Assembly: GCF_006345805.1 (NCBI RefSeq) | Contig: NW_021829749.1 | Location: forward strand, 1 to 5,998 | DNA length: 5,998 nucleotides | Reading direction: 5' to 3' | DNA from: Octopus sinensis | Taxonomy: Eukaryota | Shown here: positions 1 to 5,998 of the stretch, piece after piece | Layout: each line of letters begins with the position of its first letter | Position numbering within the stretch: the stretch's first letter is position 1 | The notes under the pieces: model-generated | Database searches by the model: none | The model's input: the letters and a program-made list of their open reading frames with translations, nothing else | What the model was told of the DNA's origin: nothing | Made by a program: the position numbers and the translations under genes

Positions 1-140
1 TCACATTCTGCTGTTTTATAAAATGAAGGACACGTCAGATAGTCTAGTTCTAGATATATAAAGAGACGTGGCCACGGACGGGAAGCTTTTCGTCTTATAT
101 CTGCCTGACTTGGATTTGCCTAGGGTTAAACAAACAACAA
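1..140 (+). mobile_element. Short dispersed repeat (SINE-like, AAC tail), copy A, cut by the window edge
   Basis: Aligns by eye to the reverse complement of ~1915-2070 (tcaca..tgctg..ttat, agata, gatat, cacgg..ggaa.gc.ttt, cct..g.tta.a.aacaac). Ends in aaacaaacaacaac. Confidence 0.55.
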
Positions 141-264
141 CCCTATATGTGGCAATGTGCTTATATAAGAGGTTGTTTTCTTCGTTGTTAGCATCCTAGA
201 GAAAAGCATGAAAGCCACTGCAAGCAACGCAAAGCGTTACATTTTGTGAGCCAACAAGGTAGCC

Positions 265-435
265 TCTACGTGGTTGCTAGTCCAGCAAGAAATTGCAGTC
301 AGATCTACCGCATGTCTTAGAAAATCTTAGAAAAGAACGTTTTGGTTTGCATAGACCTGGGTTCTTTTCACTCTGGAAAAAGACAGGTTGGCTAGGGTTA
401 GAAAATTTTGATTACAAGCCTGCTCAAGAACAACA
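265..435 (+). mobile_element. Short dispersed repeat, decayed copy B of the same family
   Basis: ccagcaagaaattgcagtcagatctacc matches revcomp 2065-2095 (cttgctagaaatagaaaccatgtgtcc). gacaggttgg...ttttgattacaagcctg matches revcomp 1950-1995 (gacggttag...tttgattataaacctg). Confidence 0.45.
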
Positions 436-602
436 AAGACATGCTTAGTATTCTTTTAAGCTGAAGATGCAGTTGATCGAAACAATACAGTGCCGGTTTC
501 AATTCCTTTTTAAATCTTCAATTATTATAATTTTTTTTCTTTTTAGAAAATTACTATTTTTAAATCTCACAACACGAGAGATATTCAGCAACAGTACTTT
601 GG

Positions 603-873
603 AGTAAAGATTGTTTGCCAACATAACATGGCAGTCCTGGTTTAGGACGAATGTTGCTGTAATTTAGCTGCAGGAGACATCGTCTCCAGCTGGCTATACA
701 ACACAATCTATTCTTATATTTTCGAACAAGGGTACTAGATTCCCTTGTTCGAAAATATAAGAACACAGATTGCGTTGTATAGCCAACTGGAGACGATGTC
801 TCCTGGGGCTAAATTACAGCAACATTCATCCAAAACCGGGACTGCCATATTATGTTGGCAAACAATCTTTACT
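603..873. mobile_element. Foldback/MITE-like long inverted repeat
   Basis: Left arm 603-732 and right arm 742-873 are reverse complements. Manual alignment gives 9 substitutions plus one 2-nt indel in 132 columns (~92%), with a 9-nt spacer TACTAGATT. No coding content. The inverted repeat is certain; the MITE identity is inferred. Confidence 0.75.
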
Positions 874-1183
874 ATTTTTTTTGTTGTAAATTTCCTTTTA
901 CTTACAATGGGAAATAGGCATGAACATCACAACATCACCTAAAATATAGTAAAATATACTATTTGAATGTCAAGTAATTGGGGGGAAAACCCAGCTCTAA
1001 TTTCATATCTCTATGTTTTCTAATAAGTTGGGTGTTGACGTAATTGTTGTAATGATTGAAGAGATTTTAATCATTGAAATTAAGCGTGTAGTAATGAGGG
1101 AAATAAAGTCATTATGTCAAGGACTAACTCTAGTTAAGAAATGTAGGGAAGGCAATTCAGAAGGGGGTAAAGACACGCGCGCA

Positions 1184-1262
1184 AACACACACACACACAC
1201 ACACATACACACACAAACACACACACATACACACACTCACACAAACACACACAAACACACGC
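1184..1262. repeat. Imperfect (CA)n microsatellite, probably the 3' tail of the adjacent minus-strand SINE
   Basis: Directly visible CA run with interruptions, abutting the SINE 3' end. Confidence 0.9.
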
Positions 1263-1266
1263 GTGC

Positions 1267-1426
1267 ATATATACGATGGGCTTCCACATTGCTTCCTTTT
1301 ACCAAATTCATTCAGGTGGCATTAGTCGGCCCAGGGGCTATAGTAGAAGACACTTGCCTAAGGTGTCGTGAAGTGGGACTGAACTTGAAACCACGTGATT
1401 GCAAAGCGAGCTTCTTAACCAGCACC
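1267..1426 (-). mobile_element. tRNA-derived SINE (family 1)
   Basis: Minus strand reads ggtgcTGGTTAAGAAG (A-box-like, 1411-1421) ... AGTTCAGTCCC (B-box-like, 1375-1385), then caccttaggcaagtgtcttctactatagcc, a SINE central domain I recognise from cephalopod repeats, then a (TG)n tail. Confidence 0.8.
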
Positions 1427-1699
1427 GAAATAATATGACTGGTAACTTTGGACATGTGTCAGGCTTATATGACCTCATTAGCGAAACAATGTCTTAATGT
1501 CTTGCTCTTAAAATAGAATAGGGTTATAACCTGAAAAGAGTGAACATGGGAAACGTCTTTATCTTATTTGCCATATAATCAGTACCAGTGATATACAGCG
1601 GGATGGTTCAGTTGGCTACAACTAACATCTATAAACTTGTTTCTAACCTAAGCATAACGCCAACAATTTTTTTGTGGAGCGGGCAGGGATGGCAAGTTA

Positions 1700-1855
1700 G
1701 TGATTGCCATCTACCCCAGTTCGTGACTGGTACTTTATTTTATCGACAGTCGGATGTTTGAAATACAAAGTTGACCCCGCTAGGATTTGAACGCCTAATG
1801 TAAAAAGCTGAAATAAATATTGCTTGGTATTTTTTCCGGTGCACAAATGACTCGT
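1700..1855 (-). mobile_element. Decayed tRNA-derived SINE (family 2)
   Basis: Aligns to 5550-5690: ccccagt.cgt.act.gtactttatt.tatcgac, caaagt.gacc.cg, g.atttgaac. Confidence 0.75.
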
Positions 1856-1914
1856 TTGTCTTCTTTGTTAATTAAAAGGTAAATTGAATTTTTTTAATTA
1901 AATCCTTCTTGTTA

Positions 1915-2095
1915 TTACTGTTGTTCTCTAATTCAAGGTCAGCTCTGATTTATCAGGTTTATAATCAAAGGCTTTCCAGCCGTGACTAACCGTCCATAAG
2001 GGATATCAAGGACGATGTTATCTAATGTACCCTATTCTTTACATAAGGCAGCAAGGTGTGATTTGAAGGACACATGGTTTCTATTTCTAGCAAGT
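1915..2095 (-). mobile_element. Short dispersed repeat, copy C (inverted relative to A and B)
   Basis: Reverse complement aligns to both 1-140 and 265-435. The (GTT)-type tail lies at the left end. Confidence 0.55.
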
Positions 2096-2142
2096 TTTGG
2101 AACTTCCCATATTGTTTCGTATAGAAGAACTGGATATAAAGG

Positions 2143-2198
2143 ATGTGTGTGTGCATATATGTATGTATGTATCTATTTCTCTCTCTCTCTGTATATAC
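2143..2198. repeat. Compound microsatellite (TG)/(TATG)/(TC)
   Basis: Directly visible. Confidence 0.8.
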
Positions 2199-2214
2199 AC
2201 CCTCTTCTCTGGAT

Positions 2215-2262
2215 TTTTTCCTCTATCCGACGAAGATCCGCGCTCGAAACGTCATTTCAACT
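2215..2262 (+). other. Degenerate minimal hammerhead-ribozyme-like motif of Penelope-like-element type
   Basis: CCGACGA(2227-2233)-A-GATC-CGC-GCTC-GAAA(2246-2249)-C-GTC(2251-2253). Core is CUGANGA with U4>C, stem II has one mismatch, stem III is the palindromic ACGU, and the GUC cleavage triplet is retained. Stem I is not reconstructable. Confidence 0.45.
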
Positions 2263-2375
2263 CCCATTTTTCTATCTAATACTTTAAGCAGGCGTTAATG
2301 TCTAATGTCTTCACTGTGTACGTCCAAATGACTGTTGTTGCTTATCCTCTGTTATTTTAGTTCATGGATTTCCCT

Positions 2376-2386
2376 ACACACACACA

Positions 2387-2440
<54 letters not shown>

Positions 2441-2458
2441 GTATATATATATATATAT
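2376..2458. repeat. (AC)n then (TA)n microsatellite
   Basis: AC run 2376-2438 with one interruption; TA run 2442-2458. Confidence 0.95.
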
Positions 2459-2629
2459 GTACGTTTTTATGTGGTTGATTGACTATATTCTGAGTATGTT
2501 GAACATAGATGTACATGTGCACAGACGCTTGACACGACACTGAAATATATGGAATTATACCTGTATTTGTCTGTGTGTGTTCAAACACATGCCACGGGGC
2601 ACTCTGAGTTATTTCTCTCAGCTAATTCT

Positions 2630-2820
2630 TGTTCAAATTATGCTAATTGTATCGGCCATAGATATGCTCTGCTCTTTTTTGTATATGTCTAAGTCTCTTG
2701 GTTGCAGCCTGATCAGATCAGACAACTGTTGTGCTGATGATGGCTGCCGAGGCAGAAACATGTCTTCACGAGTGTCCTCTTATCTCCAAACAATAAGCTT
2801 GTGGTTTTCCTTAATGTCAT
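2630..2820 (-). pseudogene. Possible decayed Ty3/Gypsy pol RNase H fragment
   Basis: Manual minus-frame translation gives ...KENHKLIVWR*EDTREDMFLPRQPSSAQQLSDLIRLQPRDLDIYKKEQSISMADTISII*. This resembles the Gypsy RNase H C-terminal pattern TDHKPL...LLRLQPYDLxIxYKPGKxxxxADxLSR. It contains stops and the spacing is off. Confidence 0.4.
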
Positions 2821-2970
2821 GTCAATCTGGAAGATTATTGCTCCTCCTCATAGTGTTGTCTTCAATTACCATTTGGTCATTATGACACATCCTCTAAGGG
2901 TGGACATAGTTTTAATAAATCAAGAATTTATATTGTACAGAATTTGATATACCTATATTTGTCGATGTTT

Positions 2971-3066
2971 TATGTATGTATGTATGTATGTATGTATGTA
3001 TGTATGTATGTATGTATGTATGTATGTATGTATGTATGTATGTATGTATGTATGTATGTATGTATG
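2971..3066. repeat. (TATG)24 perfect microsatellite
   Basis: 96 nt of uninterrupted TATG, directly abutting the LINE 5' junction. Confidence 0.97.
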
Positions 3067-4258
3067 CATGCAGATGATTGTGAGCTAGTAGCACACACAG
3101 AGATTGATATGCAACACAATTTGAATGCATTCTCTGATGCTTGCACTGCTTTAGGATTGACAGTCAATCTCAAGAAAATTGTTGTCATGCATCAACCTGC
3201 CCCTGGTAAGCAGTATAGTGTACCAAATATCCATGTGTATGGTAAACGACTTGATGTAGTTGATCAGTTTGTCTACCTGGGAAGCACTATTAATAAATAT
3301 GGCAATTTGGATGATGAAATTCCATATAGAATTAGGAAAGCAAGTGTTGCTTTCGGGAGGCTAGAAAAGCGCCTCTGGAGTCGGCGAGACATATTCAGAA
3401 AGACAAAGATAAAGGTGTACAAGGCATGTGTGCTCCCTTCTCTTCTGTATGCCTGCGAGACGTGGGTCACATATCGATACCACCTTAAACAACTGGAACG
3501 TTTCCATCAGATGTGCCTCAAACGGATCTATGGCATTAAGTGGAAGGACCGCATCAGTGATCTTGAAATACTCGAAGGCTCTCGGTGTGAAAGTATAGAA
3601 GCTCTTGTGTTAAAGCAAAGGCTCAGATGGAGTGGTCATCAGAATGAAGGATTCAAGGATGCCAAAACAACTCTTTTATGGAGAGTTAGCTAAAGGAGAA
3701 CGACCTCCACATAAACCAAAAAGAGGTATAAGGACTTGCTGAAGGCTTCCTTAAGAGATGCTTGCATCTCTCCTGACACAATGGGAAGGCATTGCTATTG
3801 ATCGTAGCAGGTGCAGAAGGATTGTGCATGAGGGGACAGCCACGTTTGAGAAATCTCGAGTTGCACATGAGAAAGTAAGGAGGGATGTCAGGAGGGGCAT
3901 CGCTGTTACACTTCCAGAAGGGAAGGGTCTTCCTTTGATGCTGACATGCAATGTCTGTGCAAGACCCTGCCTCAGTAAAGCTGGACTCGAGAGTCATCTT
4001 CGTAGTCATAAAACGAGACAGATGAGTGACAACCTGGTCACTGGTGGTGGTGTTAGACACCATACTAATCATATCTGTCGGGCATGTGGAAGAGAGTGTA
4101 ATTCGGCAGGAGGACTTAAACGACATGCAAAGGTACATGAAGCCCAGTTACAACTACAGCCGGCTATTACCAGTAAAGGTTTTAGTTGCCAATTTTGTAC
4201 AAGACATTGTAGATCTTTAGCTGGGCTAAAAAGTCACATTCGATCACAGCACCAGTAG
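3067..4258 (+). pseudogene. RTE ORF remnant: RT C-terminal half plus three C2H2 zinc fingers, three frameshifts
   Basis: Reading path: 3067-3639 (frame +1), 3641-~3720 (frame +2, RMKDSRMPKQLFYGELAKGERPPHKP), 3721-3780 (frame +1, KRYKDLLKASLRDACISPDT), 3782-4258 (frame +2, WEGIAIDRSRCRR...ZFs). Fingers C-x2-C-x12-H-x3/4-H at 3947-4009, 4076-4138 and 4187-4252. Confidence 0.9.
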
Positions 4259-4390
4259 CAGTTAAGCTTCGTGCAATGGACATACTCGATAACGAGGGGA
4301 CAGCCATAATGTATGTATGTATGTATGTATGTATGTATGTATGTATGTATGTATGTATGTATGTATGTATATATGTATGTATGTATGTAT
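3067..4390 (+). mobile_element. 5'-truncated RTE-clade non-LTR retrotransposon with 3' UTR and (ATGT)n tail
   Basis: RT C-terminal half with RTE-typical motifs: (H/Y)ADD, FSDACTALGLTVNLKK, FVYLGS, EIPYRIRKASVAFGRL, TKIKVYKACVLPSLLYACETW, RLRWSGH, RMPKQLFYGEL, KRYKD. Stop at 4256-4258, ~50-nt UTR, then tandem-repeat tail. Confidence 0.93.
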
Positions 4391-4426
4391 ATATCTATCT
4401 ATCACTATCTATCTATCCATCCATCA
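4309..4426. repeat. (ATGT)n LINE tail grading into (ATCT)n/(ATCC)n
   Basis: ATGT 4309-4390 with one AT interruption, then TATC and ATCC units. Confidence 0.92.
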
Positions 4427-4526
4427 GCTGAAACTGGCTACCATCGGTTACTCATGTGTCTCCACCGTGATTGAGACAATATCAGAGAAGACAGACACCA
4501 TTGTCAAATCATTTGATAATCACATA

Positions 4527-4581
4527 GAATATATATAATATAATATATATATATATATATATATATAGATATATATAATAT
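4527..4581. repeat. Imperfect (TA)n microsatellite
   Basis: Directly visible. Confidence 0.9.
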
Positions 4582-4796
4582 AGGTTTGAAGAATATGGTA
4601 CTTAAGTTAAAGGCACCAGAATTTGTATGGTATTATCCATATAAATCAAATGGGGTGATTATAATCAAAATATATATGTGGCTGAAGATTGCTCGACATT
4701 TTAAAACTGATGTAATACTTACAGTGCTTAATAAAATGAAGTAGCATGAAACAATTGTACTACACTACCTTGGATATCCTTGTTGCTTATTTTGAT

Positions 4797-4798
<2 letters not shown>

Positions 4799-4828
<30 letters not shown>

Positions 4829-4832
4829 TGTA
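4799..4832. repeat. (TATG)8 microsatellite
   Basis: Directly visible. Confidence 0.95.
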
Positions 4833-4859
4833 TTATTTTCAGTTGTTCTTTTTAGTTGA

Positions 4860-4918
4860 ATGACGTCACGGCAGAGGCGAGAACTGATTGGCTTATCGCC
4901 ACGCTCATTTATATTTAA
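4860..4918 (+). promoter_or_regulatory. Candidate cis-regulatory cluster: full CRE, inverted NF-Y CCAAT box, TATA-like element
   Basis: TGACGTCA at 4861-4868, CTGATTGGCT at 4884-4893 (= AGCCAATCAG on minus), TATATTTAA at 4910-4918, in a non-repeat CpG-containing patch. Motif match only. Confidence 0.35.
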
Positions 4919-4964
4919 TGGCTAATTAATATAATAAGATACAGACAGCAACATATAAACAAGT

Positions 4965-5035
4965 AAAAAAAAAAAAATAATACTAATAATAATAATGATG
5001 ATTATGATGATGATAGAAATTATCCTTATTATTAT
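4965..5035. repeat. Poly(A) plus (ATA)/(ATG)/(ATT) trinucleotide low-complexity tract
   Basis: Directly visible. Confidence 0.8.
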
Positions 5036-5058
5036 TTCTAACGAAAAGAACAACTGTA

Positions 5059-5496
5059 ATTCCCTTTATTGGTCACAAGGGCCCAAAATGTTGGCGTTGG
5101 TGGGGATGCGGGTAGGGAGACACTACAAAGTCGAAATGCAAAAAACAGAAAAAAAAATTCCAGAAAACATGAACAAAAAAAAAACTCTCCAACCAAAAAG
5201 GAAGGGTTTGTATTTGGTGGGCGGTAGGGTGGATCGATGTAGATCGATAAAACCATTGAGATCAATGACAGGAAATAACAAGAACGGTCCCGCGAAATGG
5301 TTGGACGGGGTGTGGGTGGTTCCGAGAAATGGTGGGCGGAGCGGATGGAGGGTGGGGTGGGGGGTCTGCGACCACATAACGCGCTGTGTGGTAACCCGGC
5401 TGCAAACCCTTTCGATTACCATGATATACCAAACTCTGTTTTACCCATTAAGGTGGGTCCAGCGTCCAATTCTGACCACCAACCGAGAGAGGTATA
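5059..5496 (-). mobile_element. Possible 3' portion of an older retroposon sharing its 3' end with SINE family 2
   Basis: 5059-5088 aligns to the SINE 3' end 5498-5526 (22/30 by manual alignment; minus strand ends cttgtg..caataaag). The body is C-rich on minus and non-coding. Confidence 0.3.
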
Positions 5497-5710
5497 TATT
5501 TCTTTATTGCCCACAAGGAGCTAAACACAGAGGGGACAAACGGATTAAGTCGATTACATCGACCCCAGTGCGTAACTAGTACTTTATTTATCGACCCCGA
5601 AAGGATGAGAGGCAAAGTCGACCTCGGCGGAATTTGAACTCAGAACGTAACGGCTGACGAAATACGGGTACGCATTTCGCCCAGCGTGCTAACGTTTCTG
5701 CCAGCTCACC
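5497..5710 (-). mobile_element. Full-length tRNA-derived SINE (family 2) with 8-bp target-site duplication
   Basis: Minus strand starts ggtgagcTGGCAGAAACG (A-box, 5693-5703) ... AGTTCAAATTCC (B-box, 5629-5640). Flanked by GAGGTATA at 5489-5496 and 5711-5718. Homologous to 1700-1855 and 5937-5998. Confidence 0.9.
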
Positions 5711-5763
5711 GAGGTATAGAGGAAAGGAAGGCCCACGTAGCGACACATGCACATGAGTGGGGC

Positions 5764-5850
5764 TGCGTGTGTGCATACGCGCGAATATGCGTGTATGTCT
5801 ATGAGTGTGCATGTATGCATGTATGTGTGTGCATTTGTGTGTGTGTGTGT
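5764..5850. repeat. Degenerate purine-pyrimidine alternating (TG/TA/CG) low-complexity tract
   Basis: Directly visible. Confidence 0.8.
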
Positions 5851-5936
5851 TATAAAGTATAGCTGTGTATGGTAAGTGAAAGGATGAAGTAACTCATGAA
5901 TCATAATCACGGGTGTCATTTTATTATTGGGGGAGA

Positions 5937-5998
5937 CGATCCCAGTACGCAACTGGTACTTAATGCATCGACCCCTAGAGTATGAAAGGCAAATTCGC
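5937..5998 (-). mobile_element. Partial SINE family 2 copy, cut by the window edge
   Basis: cgatcccagtacgcaactggtactt...atcgacccc....g.atgaaaggcaaa aligns to 5560-5617. Confidence 0.85.

Noticed and set aside
560-942. Opposite-strand ORF pair (68 aa and 65 aa)
   Set aside because: Mirror products of the inverted repeat, not genes.
1013-1438. 141-aa ORF
   Set aside because: It reads through a CA microsatellite and an antisense SINE; no protein signature.
1464-1493. Second hammerhead-like string ending GAAAC-AAT-GTC
   Set aside because: The CUGANGA core and stem II are absent.
121-1526. TAGGGTTA telomere-like octamers at 121, 393 and 1519
   Set aside because: Single units only; two lie inside dispersed-repeat copies. 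Not an interstitial telomeric array.
2944-3066. N-terminal (MYVC)n part of the 249-aa ORF
   Set aside because: It is simply translation of the (TATG)n microsatellite.
3758-4258. Host C2H2 zinc-finger gene
   Set aside because: The fingers continue an RTE RT remnant, are followed by a LINE 3'UTR and tail, and lack TGEKP linkers. The ATG at 3758 is an out-of-path frameshift artefact.
4427-4526. Possible exon after ccatccatcAG
   Set aside because: No convincing splice donor and no recognisable peptide similarity.
4887-4903. ER-stress element (ATTGG-N7-CCACG)
   Set aside because: The spacing fits neither ERSE (CCAAT-N9-CCACG) nor ERSE-II (ATTGG-N1-CCACG).
4995-5579. 194-aa ORF and overlapping short ORFs
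   Set aside because: Low-complexity start, reads through antisense retroposon sequence, no recognisable domain.
5629-5710. tRNA gene
   Set aside because: A/B boxes belong to a SINE head; no cloverleaf, and it continues into a SINE body flanked by a TSD.

Overview
Repeat-dense, AT-rich eukaryotic non-genic (intergenic or intronic) DNA. The repeat families resemble those I recall from octopus/cephalopod genomes; this is inference, not a database result. No intact host gene is visible. The main element is a 5'-truncated RTE-clade non-LTR retrotransposon (3067-~4390, +). It starts exactly at the RT YADD motif, has three frameshifts but no in-frame stops, and ends in three tandem C2H2 zinc fingers, a short stem-loop 3'UTR and an (ATGT)n tail. 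It sits directly behind a 24-unit (TATG)n array, so it appears to have inserted into the same microsatellite that forms its tail. Other contents: a 271-bp near-perfect foldback (603-873), four tRNA-derived SINE copies from two families (one full-length with an 8-bp TSD), three copies of a short dispersed repeat, a decayed Penelope-type minimal hammerhead-like motif, a possible Gypsy RNase H relic, a CRE/CCAAT/TATA-like cluster and many microsatellites.
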